Shown one piece after another: positions 19,393 to 29,197 of a stretch of DNA of 64,000 nucleotides. Under the pieces are notes generated by a model. The model made no database searches, had not been told where the DNA came from, and was given only the letters and a program-made list of their open reading frames with translations. Both the position numbers and the translations under genes were made by a program. The DNA is from an uncultured archaeon (GTDB lineage: Archaea > Aenigmatarchaeota > Aenigmatarchaeia > CG10238-14 > SCSR01): NCBI GenBank assembly GCA_964512235.1, contig CAZEGD010000004.1, positions 33,557 to 97,556 of the forward strand, written 5' to 3'. Position 1 is the first letter of the stretch; the number at the start of each line of letters is the position of its first letter.

Positions 19393-21129
19393 GTGAAGAA
19401 TAGAAAGCAGATAAGGCAACCGATAGTCTCAGTTCTGGGTCATGTAGACCACGGCAAGACTTTGCTACTGGATAAGATACGGGGCACAAGTGTGCAGGCA
19501 GGCGAGGCAGGGGGCATAACTCAGCATGTGGGAGCCAGCTCGATACCAATCGATACAATCAAGAAGATATGCGGTCCTTTGATGGAGAGAATCGGTGCGG
19601 AGATAACAATTCCCGGTTTGCTATTTATAGACACACCTGGGCATGAAGCATTCACCACACTTCGCAAACGAGGTGGTAGTGTGGCTGATTTGGCAGTTCT
19701 TGTGATAGACATAAATGCAGGGTTCCAGCCGCAGACCGACGAGAGTTTGACATTCTTAAAAGAATTCAAGGCACCATTCGTGGTTGCAGCGACAAAGATA
19801 GATAGGATTGCTGGATGGAACCCACAGAAAGGGAGCTTCTTGAAGAGCTTTGCCAAGCAGCGAGATGATGTGAAAGACGATCTTGAGAGGAAAGTCTACA
19901 GCATAGTTGCACAGCTTGACGAACGCCAGATAAGCGCAGAAAGGTTTGACAGATTTGAAAAAATAGAAGATTTCACCAAGCGCGTGGCAATAGTACCGTG
20001 CTCTGGACTGACTGGGGAAGGAGTGCCGGATCTTTTAATGGTCCTTACTGGATTGGCACAGCATTTTTTGAAAGACAGACTTGCAGTATCCGATACGGGA
20101 AGAGGTACAGTGCTAGAGCTTAAAGAAGTGCGGGGATTCGGGCCGACTATTGATGTGATAATATACGATGGTAGTGTGAGGAAGAATGATTACATAGTTA
20201 TTGGCGGCAAAGAACCGACAGTTGCAAAAGTCAAAGCTCTACTACGGCCTAGACCGTTGAAGGAATTGCGGGTGGAGAAGCAGTTTGAGAGCGTAGAATC
20301 GGTGTCTGCTGCATCTGGAATAAAGATAGCTGCGCCTGGCCTGGCAGATGTCATAGCAGGGTCACCAATAATTGCAGTACGTAGTGAGAAAGGAGTGGAA
20401 GCTGCAAAGGATGATGTGCAAAAAGATGTGGAAGAAGTGGAGTTTGAGAAAGACATACAGGGCATTATAGTCAAAGCTGATACGCTTGGGGGATTGGAGG
20501 CGTTAGTAAAGATGATGCAAGCAGAGGACATATCTATACGCAAAGCGGAAGTAGGCAACATCAACAAGCAGGACATAATTGAGGCTGGGAATGTAAAGGA
20601 CAAACTCAAGCGCGTAGTGCTTGCATTTAATGTTCATGCACTTCCAGATGCCGATGCAATGGCTAAAGACACGAAAGTCAAGATTTTCAGCAACAACATA
20701 ATCTACAAAATGGTGGAAGACTACAAAGACTGGAGATTGAATAGGAGAGAGCGTGAGATGGAGGAAAAGATGAAATCAGTGCAAAGGCCGGTGAAGCTAA
20801 AAATTCTGAGAGGTTGCATATTTCATGCGGCAAACCCTTGCATAGTCGGCGTTGAAGTTACAGGCTATCTGCAGATAGGCATACAGCTGAAGAATGAATC
20901 TGGCAAGACTGTGGGAAAAGTCAAAGGGATACAGAAGGAAGGCAAGAGCATAAATTCAGCAAAGACAGGAGACAAAGTCGCTATAAGTATGAACGAGCCT
21001 GTTGCGGGGAGAACGATAAATGAGAGTGATGTACTAGTTGCAGCACTTACGGCAAATGATAAGAAGACTCTGCAGGAAGTGTATGACAAACTTACGGACG
21101 ATGAAAAGATACTTCTAGGTTCACTTTAA
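19393..21129 (+). CDS. infB: Translation initiation factor aIF5B (IF2 family GTPase)
   Basis: [40 protein letters not shown]. The track start at 19345 is TTG. GTG 19393 is preceded by GAGGCGG and gives the usual N-terminus. Confidence 0.9.
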   Translation: [578 protein letters not shown]

Positions 21130-21972
21130 TTTTTTAATCTTTCCAAGTTCTGTCCCGTCCAACATATAGGCAGAAGCGTTTGATACATCAAAGACGTTAT
21201 TCGTCAATAACGGCCCTATATACTCACTTCTCTTTTTCTTATTCAGAGCTATGCCACCTAGGATTGGATTGAACGTAGGCATTATTACAGTCTGCAGTTT
21301 TCCAATCTTTTCCTTCGATTTTATTTTGTACTTCTTCTTCACAAGTCTTTCATTGAGTTTGGACTTTATCCAAGCCGGCTCTACGATGCGAAAGCCGAAG
21401 CTGTCTCTGAATTCTACGCCAGGATGCGAATGCGCCATAAATAGATAATCACATTGCATAAGGCTTTTGCTGGGCCATGCATGTCCGTGGAAGAAACCAT
21501 ATTTACCGATGCAGAAACCTCGACTGCTACAGACTTTTACAGACTTCGGCACAATCTTTTCTATAAAATCATCATGGTTCCCTTTAACGAGAATTACTTT
21601 CACTTTTTTCACCAAATTGTCAACTAACTTTGGAATCTCCCTGAGTTCACGGAAACTAGTGCCAGGCACTTTATGCTTTAGGTCACCGACTATGGCAATC
21701 GTATCAGCCTTAGTCATCTTTATCAGCTTGGAGAGCTCTTTCTGGAATTTCTCAGCTTGCGGTGCAATCACTATGCCGGACTGAAAGAGCTCATTCTCCA
21801 ATCCTATATGCAAGTCTGCAATGACTAGAATTTTCCTTCTCTTACCGTCAATCCTATCCGATATCAGAACTGCAGGATGATTCCGTATGAAACGAATGGT
21901 CATACTTAATTCTTCAACTGAATATTGAAAAGACTTTCGTTCCCTCGTCGGAACTCCACCTACAAAACTCAT
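21121..21972 (-). CDS. Calcineurin-like metallophosphoesterase (archaeal SbcD/Mre11-related family)
   Basis: 283 aa. ILVIADLHIG, IVGDLKH, VKGNHD, FFHGH, MAHSHP. Confidence 0.8.
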   Translation of the reverse strand: MSFVGGVPTRERKSFQYSVEELSMTIRFIRNHPAVLISDRIDGKRRKILVIADLHIGLENELFQSGIVIAPQAEKFQKELSKLIKMTKADTIAIVGDLKHKVPGTSFRELREIPKLVDNLVKKVKVILVKGNHDDFIEKIVPKSVKVCSSRGFCIGKYGFFHGHAWPSKSLMQCDYLFMAHSHPGVEFRDSFGFRIVEPAWIKSKLNERLVKKKYKIKSKEKIGKLQTVIMPTFNPILGGIALNKKKRSEYIGPLLTNNVFDVSNASAYMLDGTELGKIKKLK

Positions 21973-22162
21973 ATAATAATCTAATGTTAAATTATTGAAA
22001 ATTGATTACCAGAATTCGCTAGTCCTCTTCGTAGGTTTGTAAATAGACAAGATGATAAAATGAAATTAATCTTGGAAGTCAGAGATAAGAAATGGAATGA
22101 AATTAAAGATTCAGTTTTCAAATTAAGAAAAGAAATTAAAGATAGTAGTTTAGTCTCACAAT

Positions 22163-24529
22163 TTACATAGATATAATTTTGGTAAAACCGTCTTTTGCTT
22201 TATCGCGCTCTAGTCGATAGAGATTGCCCGTTACAGCTTCTTCAAGTTTCTCGTTATGTGTAATTAAAAAGACTTGGTCTACTAAGTTTGGCATACATTC
22301 ACGTAATGTCTTTGCCAAATCTTCCACTGCAATCGAGTCTAGATTTGCAGTTGGTTCGTCAAGCACAAGCATAGGCATTTGCGGGGCAAGCACGAGTGCA
22401 AAGGCTATCCTCAAAGCCAGGCAAGCTATACTACGCTCGCCACCCGATGCAACACCCTCTGCGTTTATCCACGCACCCGAGCGCTCTTGCAGTTGCAGCA
22501 CGTAGTCACCTTCTTCCACTGCAAGCTGCACGTCTGTAAAATCCCTGTACGGATAAAGAGTTTGCCACAGCTCTCCCATACGGATGTTTACAGCTGAAAC
22601 AAAGTTCTCCCTAAGCTGAATCTGTGTCTGCTTTAACGCTTCAGTAAAAATTTTCAATTCCCTAACAAGTTTGCTAAGTCTATCCACTTCATCCCTATCC
22701 TTCTCCAGCTGCTGCAATGCAGCTTCATATCCTCTCACCCTATCATCCCTCTCTTTTACCATTTCGTCTATTCCACCAATCTTCATTTCAAGCTCCATTT
22801 CCTTCACCAATGCATTCTTCAACCATGTCTCTAGTTTTTCCAATTCCCGTCCCTTCATTTTGCCTTCATGCTTAGCCAGATGCCGCTTCAGCTCTTCTCT
22901 CTCCTTTGTCAATTCTTTCAGCCTCCTTTCCCTCTCTTGATAGTCCTTTATTTTTTCTTGTATCAATTGCAGCTGCTGCTTATCTTTTGCTACTCTGTCC
23001 AGCCCTTCACGCATATTTTCAATCTCCCTTCTCACAGCAGACAACTGGTTGTCTAAAACAATAGCAGCTTCGCTGTTTTGTCTGAAAAGCTGCTTGGAAC
23101 TTTCCAACTCAGCCCGCATCTCGTCAAAATTCTTTATTTCTATCAGAAGCTCCTTCATTTTCTCAGCTGCGGACTTTATCTTTTCAATCTGCTCTTCTGT
23201 AAGTTGCCTTTTCTTCTCCACATCTCCTATTCTTCCTCTCAGTCCGTTCAGTTCAATTTCTCTCCTTTCTATCAAAAGTTTTCTCCTTTCATTTGAGAGC
23301 TCGGAGTCACATACAGGACACTTCCCCTCTACGGTTGACAAAGTCTCAAGCACATCCTGCAAATTGCTTATTTTCGCTTTGAACTCAGCAAGCTCGGATA
23401 TGATACTGCTGAGCATGCTGTTTTTTTCAGTGAGTTGCTCTTCTACGTTCTCACCAGTCGCGTCTCTTAAATGCTCGAATTCTTTCTTCAGCCTAAGTTT
23501 TTCTTCAATCTCCCTTTCCAATCTTTCTATCTTCTCCTTCCTCAAAAATTCTATCTTTGATTTCGACTCAGCTACTCTACTATTCAGTTCATTATAGCTA
23601 CTTTGCCTCTCTTCGATTCTTTTATTCAATCCGGCCACTTGATCTGAGATATTTTGCAGCTTTTCTTCAAAGTCTTTTTGGTCCATATCACCCAATATCG
23701 ACCGCAACTCAGCTATAATCCCTTCAGTCTCTTTAATCGCACTGTCTATTCCACTCTCGTCCCTTTTCGATGCTTGCAAATCTTCGTATATCTTTCTCAA
23801 TTCTGTAACTTCTACCTCAAGCTCTTCCTTTCTCTTTTTCACATCTTTCAGGTCAGCTTCCAATCCTTTTTTAGCTTTTAGTGACTTCTGAATACCTGCC
23901 TTCATTTCTTCAAGCATGTTCTTGATATCCTCAGGTTTTGCCTGTCCAATTATACTCTCTTTTCCAACCATCCTTTCCGCTGTCTTGTTCGTCAGCTTCA
24001 CAGTAGCGGCACGTGCCTTCTCAAATTTCTCAATCATCAACAGTTCATCTATCCTTTTCATCCTCTGCCCCTTGCCAAGAGTAAGGAAGTAGTCTAAGTT
24101 GTTCTGCTCTGCATAGATGGCTTTGCTGAACAAATCATAGTTCACTTTAAGGATTTTTTCCACAGTCTCAGTCACGCGCTGAGTGCTTGGCGACTCTAAG
24201 ATTTTGCCATCCTTTTTGACTTCAGAGTATGTAGTGCCTCTTCCGCGTTGGATAGACCGTTTTGCCGAATACGTTGATCCGTCAATCTCAAACTCTACCT
24301 CCACTTCCGTCGTGTCCTTTAACTCGGGTTTTTTCATTATAACATCGTCAAGTTTCAGCTTCCTCATCTGAAGCGTCGGAAAAGTACCGAAAAAAGCAAA
24401 GCAGATTGCATCCAATACGGAAGTCTTGCCAGAACCTAGGATGCCCACTAAGGCATTCGTCCCTGGGCTAAATACCAACTCGGAATCAGCGTGCGACCGC
24501 CAGTTCTTCAGCTTTATTTTCGTTATCAT
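22163..24529 (-). CDS. rad50: Rad50 SMC-like ATPase
   Basis: MITKIKLKNWRSH..GILGSGKTSVLDAI (Walker A), long coiled coils, zinc hook GKCPVCDSEL, signature SGGERS, Walker B LVLDEPT. Start set to ATG 24529; the track start is TTG 24550. Confidence 0.92.
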   Translation of the reverse strand: MITKIKLKNWRSHADSELVFSPGTNALVGILGSGKTSVLDAICFAFFGTFPTLQMRKLKLDDVIMKKPELKDTTEVEVEFEIDGSTYSAKRSIQRGRGTTYSEVKKDGKILESPSTQRVTETVEKILKVNYDLFSKAIYAEQNNLDYFLTLGKGQRMKRIDELLMIEKFEKARAATVKLTNKTAERMVGKESIIGQAKPEDIKNMLEEMKAGIQKSLKAKKGLEADLKDVKKRKEELEVEVTELRKIYEDLQASKRDESGIDSAIKETEGIIAELRSILGDMDQKDFEEKLQNISDQVAGLNKRIEERQSSYNELNSRVAESKSKIEFLRKEKIERLEREIEEKLRLKKEFEHLRDATGENVEEQLTEKNSMLSSIISELAEFKAKISNLQDVLETLSTVEGKCPVCDSELSNERRKLLIERREIELNGLRGRIGDVEKKRQLTEEQIEKIKSAAEKMKELLIEIKNFDEMRAELESSKQLFRQNSEAAIVLDNQLSAVRREIENMREGLDRVAKDKQQLQLIQEKIKDYQERERRLKELTKEREELKRHLAKHEGKMKGRELEKLETWLKNALVKEMELEMKIGGIDEMVKERDDRVRGYEAALQQLEKDRDEVDRLSKLVRELKIFTEALKQTQIQLRENFVSAVNIRMGELWQTLYPYRDFTDVQLAVEEGDYVLQLQERSGAWINAEGVASGGERSIACLALRIAFALVLAPQMPMLVLDEPTANLDSIAVEDLAKTLRECMPNLVDQVFLITHNEKLEEAVTGNLYRLERDKAKDGFTKIISM

Positions 24530-24863
24530 ATATCTCTCCACACATTTCAATTATTTCTTTGAACATCTCATCATTGACTGGACCTTTTTCTTTCACTTGG
24601 TAGGGGTTGTATATTTCTATATCTTTTTTTGTCAGTGTAGAAGGGTGTCTATCTATTATTTTCAAGAATAGTGGAAATCTCGACGCCACCATCTTATTCT
24701 CTCGTATTATATGATTTATGGCTGCGGTGGCAACAGACGAATTTCTTGGTTCATAACCTAATCTTTCTGCAAATGGTATATTATCTAGCTTCATATGGAC
24801 CGAATAGAATTTCTCGTATAGTTCATGACTCATTACAACGATGTAATTTGAAAGTTTTATCAT
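24486..24863 (-). CDS. Hypothetical 125-aa protein encoded between mre11 and rad50
   Basis: Its ATG overlaps the mre11 stop (TAATG), and its 3' end overlaps rad50 by 44 nt. No motif recognised. Confidence 0.5.
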   Translation of the reverse strand: MIKLSNYIVVMSHELYEKFYSVHMKLDNIPFAERLGYEPRNSSVATAAINHIIRENKMVASRFPLFLKIIDRHPSTLTKKDIEIYNPYQVKEKGPVNDEMFKEIIEMCGEIYDNENKAEELAVAR

Positions 24864-26101
24864 TACACCACGTCCAATGTCTTCTGTTCGCCTGTCAAAA
24901 CATTATAGGCATTGTCTATGCTACCATCGACAAGCATGCCAAATATCCTTTCATGATTGAAGCTGCCTGCAAATTTCAATTCATCTAGATTGTCTTTCAG
25001 CAATTGCAGTCCCATCTCTTCCACTGAAAGCTTCTGCTCACGCACTTTTCTGAGAAATTCAACCTTTTTTGCAAGCTCCGGGTTTTCCAATTTCTTTACT
25101 ATTCTCAGCAACATACTGTCTGCATACTTCTTTTCCATTTCTTTCAGTTGTTGCTCTATCACTTCACTTGAGCTACCGGTTATTTTTATTTTCACCAACG
25201 GCTGCTTTCCAAAACTGTCAGCAGTTGATAAAATACCATCCAATTCTTTCTCTATCCTCTCCCTAAGCGAATCACCAGCTACAATCTCGCGCAAAAAGAA
25301 TTTTCTATTGTTCTTCAAAGGTACAAACTCTATATCCAATTCCTTCTCTGCATCAATGTCAATCATATAGAATCCTTTCTCTCCCTCTGCTTCATTCTCT
25401 TCAAACTGCGTTATCACTGTGCTGCCTGGAAAAAGCAACGGAGTGCCATCAGCTTTCTCAATTCCATGCACGTGCAAATGACCGTCGATAATCAAATCGA
25501 ATCCCTTAGGCAAGTCGCTCAGTTTAAGCATAGCTGGCTCAAGGGGCGAGTAGATGAAAGGGTCTATACTCTGGTGCAGAATTAACATGTTTGCATAATC
25601 TTCCATAGGCTGCGGATTCCATTCCTGTAGGGTCTGCTTTGCATAACGTTCAGGCACGCCAGACATACCGTGAATGGCAATGCGAACACCATCCTTTTCC
25701 AAGCATATAGTCTCTTTATGCAAGTGTATAAGTATGCCCGCATTCTCCAACGCTTCGATTATGTTTGACCCATGCCGGCGCTCGTGCGTTCCATGGATTG
25801 CAACTATGGGAAGATGTCGTAAAGTCCGATTGGATATTTTCTTAAGTTCTTTGCTACAACTGATTAACTTTATTCCACTATCATTTTCGAGCAATGGCTT
25901 GACGAGTATTTTTGTCGCCCGGGAAAGGACATCTGTCTTTGGAAATCTAGAATCGAATATGTCGCCCGGCATCAATACCAAGTCCGCACCTAGGGATATT
26001 GCAGTATGCATAGCTTCACTTGCATTTCCAAAACTATCCTGCTCAAGCTCTGAGTTATAACCATGACCAAAATGCAAGTCTGAAATAACGGCAATTTTCA
26101 T
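24863..26101 (-). CDS. mre11: Mre11 nuclease
   Basis: MKIAVISDLHFG, LVLMPGDIFD, VAIHGTHE, IILHQS, IDGHLH phosphoesterase motifs. Start set to ATG 26101; the track start is GTG 26113. Confidence 0.9.
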   Translation of the reverse strand: MKIAVISDLHFGHGYNSELEQDSFGNASEAMHTAISLGADLVLMPGDIFDSRFPKTDVLSRATKILVKPLLENDSGIKLISCSKELKKISNRTLRHLPIVAIHGTHERRHGSNIIEALENAGILIHLHKETICLEKDGVRIAIHGMSGVPERYAKQTLQEWNPQPMEDYANMLILHQSIDPFIYSPLEPAMLKLSDLPKGFDLIIDGHLHVHGIEKADGTPLLFPGSTVITQFEENEAEGEKGFYMIDIDAEKELDIEFVPLKNNRKFFLREIVAGDSLRERIEKELDGILSTADSFGKQPLVKIKITGSSSEVIEQQLKEMEKKYADSMLLRIVKKLENPELAKKVEFLRKVREQKLSVEEMGLQLLKDNLDELKFAGSFNHERIFGMLVDGSIDNAYNVLTGEQKTLDVV

Positions 26102-26231
26102 ACAAGACGCCACACTACTAAACTATTGAGGCTGAATTTATTTATATTACGAGGGCACATTTCCGTTAAGATAGCCTTTGGCAATACCTAAAGCTTAAAA
26201 AGATTAGATAACACCTTTTTTTAAGATATAT

Positions 26232-26564
26232 ATGGCAGTTCAGAGAGAAGCAGAACTCAAAAGGAAATTTATCTTAAGTGTAAAGCGTGTTAAACCGTAT
26301 ATTCATCGCATCCCTAATACTTCTCCTTTTTCAACTGACTTGAATGGTTCTTACGCATCATTTCAACGTTATTCTCTTGAATTGGAAGATGTGAATAACC
26401 CAGAAGATGTATACAGCTATGACACCAACGAGCGATTTGAAGAGGGGGACACTTTGGAAGTGATACGTTCCCCTTATGATAAGCTATTTTCTCAAAATGC
26501 TCTTGAAAGAGATGTAAACGGAAAGACTGAACGGATACCGATAAAGAGTATCAAAAAGGCTTAG
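26232..26564 (+). CDS. Hypothetical protein
   Basis: 110-aa ORF with an ATG start in its own interval. No motif recognised. Confidence 0.45.
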   Translation: MAVQREAELKRKFILSVKRVKPYIHRIPNTSPFSTDLNGSYASFQRYSLELEDVNNPEDVYSYDTNERFEEGDTLEVIRSPYDKLFSQNALERDVNGKTERIPIKSIKKA

Positions 26565-26628
26565 CGACGTTTTCGCTGCCTCAAATCATTTTATCAATCT
26601 AAAAATCATAAAAATAATAAGTGTTAGA

Positions 26629-28098
26629 ATGAAGGAAGATGTCAAACAGGAAGGATTGACCATAAAAAAAGGTGAAAACTTCTCGGAATGGTACACTCAG
26701 GTAGTGCAGAAGGCAGAGCTTGCGGACATAAGGTACAATGTGAAGGGGTTCATAGTTTTTCGTCCGTGGTCGGTATTGTCCATGGAGAAGATGTTCGATT
26801 TATTAGAACATGAGCTGCAGAATAAGGGTCATCTGCCGACGATATTCCCGGCCGTGATACCAGAGTCCAATTTCAAGCTGGAGGCAGAGCACGTTAAGGG
26901 ATTCCTGCCTGAGGTTTTCTGGGTCTCCGATGCTGGAAGCGATGGAAAGAAGCTTGAAGAGAGACTTGCACTAAGACCAACTAGCGAGACTGCGATGTAC
27001 AAAGTCTACAGTCAGTGGATAAGAAGCTGGAGGGATCTTCCGCTGAAGATATATCAGAGAGCGCAGATATGGAGATATGAAACCAAAGCCACAAGGCCGT
27101 TCATACGCAGTAGAGAGTTCTACTGGATTGAGAGTCATGACGTTTTTGCGACACAGGAGGAAGCCATATCTCAAGTTAAGGAAGATATGGAGACTAGCGA
27201 GAACATCATACATAGAATGTTCTGCGTCCCATTCCTGTTTTTTGAGAGACCGGAGCATGACAAGTTCCCGGGTGCCGTACACACTTATGCAGCAGACACT
27301 GTAATGCCAGATGGTAAATCATTGCAACTACCTTCCACACATCTGTTAGAGCAGAACTTTTCAAAACCTTTCAACATAAAATTCGTGGACAAGGACAAAA
27401 ATGAGAAGTATGCATGGCAGACATGCTATGGCCCTTGCGTGTCCAGGATATATGCCGCTGTGATTTCAATACATGGTGACGATAAGGGATTAGTAATACC
27501 GCCTGCCATAGCGCCGATAGAAGTGATAATTGTACCCATATACAAAAACGAGACTAAAAAGCAAGTCATGGAGAAGACAATTGAGATAAAGGGAAAAATT
27601 GAGAAGGCTGGCATGACTGTGAAGATTGATGATCGTGAAGAGTATACACCGGGGTGGAAGTTCAACCATTGGGAACTGAAAGGAGTACCGATAAGACTGG
27701 AAATTGGACCTAAAGATATCAAAGAAAAACAAGTGATTCTAGTGGACAGGAGCACGGGCGAGAAAGCTAAGGTAAAGGAGAGTGACGTGGCAAAGGCTGT
27801 GAAGAAGACTCTGATGGATATACAGAAGAATATGTTGAAGAAGGCGGACAAGTACTTCAAGGACTATATGAGCACAGCCAAGGACAAGAAGGAACTTAAG
27901 AGAATACTGAGCGAGAAAGGTGGATTGGTGAAGATAGAGTGGTGCGGGGACGTAAAGTGCGCGAATGCCATAAAAGATGACACTACAGGCGGAGTCATCC
28001 GGGGAACGCTTTTCAACAAGAAAGAAAAAGCAAAGGGAAAGTGTATATGGTGCGGTAAGGACGCTAAGCAAGTAGTTTATATATCAAAGCAGTACTGA
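26629..28098 (+). CDS. proS: Prolyl-tRNA synthetase (archaeal/eukaryotic type)
   Basis: 489 aa. FSEWYTQVVQKAEL, LRPTSET, IWRYETKATRPFIRSREFYWIE, and a C-terminal Zn-binding domain CIWCG. Confidence 0.93.
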   Translation: MKEDVKQEGLTIKKGENFSEWYTQVVQKAELADIRYNVKGFIVFRPWSVLSMEKMFDLLEHELQNKGHLPTIFPAVIPESNFKLEAEHVKGFLPEVFWVSDAGSDGKKLEERLALRPTSETAMYKVYSQWIRSWRDLPLKIYQRAQIWRYETKATRPFIRSREFYWIESHDVFATQEEAISQVKEDMETSENIIHRMFCVPFLFFERPEHDKFPGAVHTYAADTVMPDGKSLQLPSTHLLEQNFSKPFNIKFVDKDKNEKYAWQTCYGPCVSRIYAAVISIHGDDKGLVIPPAIAPIEVIIVPIYKNETKKQVMEKTIEIKGKIEKAGMTVKIDDREEYTPGWKFNHWELKGVPIRLEIGPKDIKEKQVILVDRSTGEKAKVKESDVAKAVKKTLMDIQKNMLKKADKYFKDYMSTAKDKKELKRILSEKGGLVKIEWCGDVKCANAIKDDTTGGVIRGTLFNKKEKAKGKCIWCGKDAKQVVYISKQY

Positions 28099-28163
28099 AG
28101 CAGAAGATTCTAAGTGATTAAACATGTTGAATTATTTAAGTTTAGAGTGGCTATAATAATTTT

Positions 28164-28433
28164 ATGGCAGAACCAATGGAACCAAAAGACTTTGATAAAA
28201 TTGTAGAAAAGTATCCTATAAATCCAGAATTAGAAGATTTATTGCGTATAGGCAGGTATACAGAAGGTAGAAGTGTTCATAGTTTAAAAGAGAAAGGATT
28301 AGTCAAAGGAGTACCAGTAAAATCAAGAATCACGCCCGATAGTGTAAATACAGGAACTGTCTTAACAGAGCATGGAAAAGAGGTTCGCCAAAATGTTTTA
28401 GATTTTTATAAGAGTTTAACAGAAAAAACATAA
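28164..28433 (+). CDS. Hypothetical protein
   Basis: 89-aa ORF with an ATG start. No motif recognised. Confidence 0.45.
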   Translation: MAEPMEPKDFDKIVEKYPINPELEDLLRIGRYTEGRSVHSLKEKGLVKGVPVKSRITPDSVNTGTVLTEHGKEVRQNVLDFYKSLTEKT

Positions 28434-28493
28434 GCAAAAGATATTTAAATAATAACTAACAATTTGATTTATCATAAGGTTACTGATCCTAAG

Positions 28494-29135
28494 GTGAATG
28501 ATTTGGCAAAGTTTGGAGAAGAAAAACCTGAAATTAGAAAAACAGGCACGACTACGATTGGCATAATCTGCAAGGATGGAGTTGTAGTCGCGGCTGAAAA
28601 GAAGAGTACAATGGGCTACCTTGTAGCAAGCAAGGAGACAAAGAAGATAGTGCCAGTAGAGGATCACATAGTAGTAACAACTGCTGGTGCGGCAGGGGAC
28701 GCTCAATCAGTGTCCCGCTATTTGCGAGCAGAATTGAAGCTGTTTGCGATTCAGAATAAGCGCAGGATAAGCGTAAAAGGAGCTGCTACGCTGTTGGCAA
28801 ACATATTGCATGGTGGTAGATGGACATTTTTGCCATATATGGTCCAGCTGATCATTGCTGGCTATGACACAAATCCGCGTGTTTTTAGCTTGGATGCGAT
28901 AGGCGCGATTGAAGAAGAGAGTAAATTCTTTTCCACCGGCTCGGGTTCGCCATTCGCTTTTGGCGTGCTTGAGGACTCGTATAAAGAGGGCATTTCAGTT
29001 GCAGAGGGCGCGAGGCTTGCCGAGCGCGCAATAAGAGCTGCCGTAGAGCGTGACATCGCTTCGGGCGGTAAAGGCATAGATATAGCAACTATAACCAAAG
29101 ACGGTATAAAATTAGAGACGCGCGATTTCAAATGA
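28494..29135 (+). CDS. psmB: Proteasome beta subunit
   Basis: Propeptide followed by G|TTTIGIICKDGVVVAAEKK, then TAGAAGDAQ and GSGS. Start uncertain: the track start is TTG 28464, and GTG 28494 is chosen here. Confidence 0.88.
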   Translation: MNDLAKFGEEKPEIRKTGTTTIGIICKDGVVVAAEKKSTMGYLVASKETKKIVPVEDHIVVTTAGAAGDAQSVSRYLRAELKLFAIQNKRRISVKGAATLLANILHGGRWTFLPYMVQLIIAGYDTNPRVFSLDAIGAIEEESKFFSTGSGSPFAFGVLEDSYKEGISVAEGARLAERAIRAAVERDIASGGKGIDIATITKDGIKLETRDFK

Positions 29136-29197
29136 TTGAGGCATTATTGGATTTTTAAAGAAGTATATAGTCCTTTTTGTTCGAAGGAAGTTCTGAT

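Noticed and set aside
22060-22170. A 36-aa plus-strand ORF (MKLILEVRDKKWNEIKDSVFKLRKEIKDSSLVSQFT) in the gap downstream of rad50.
   Set aside because: It is very short, has no motif and overlaps the rad50 stop region. An AT-rich intergenic sequence easily yields such frames.
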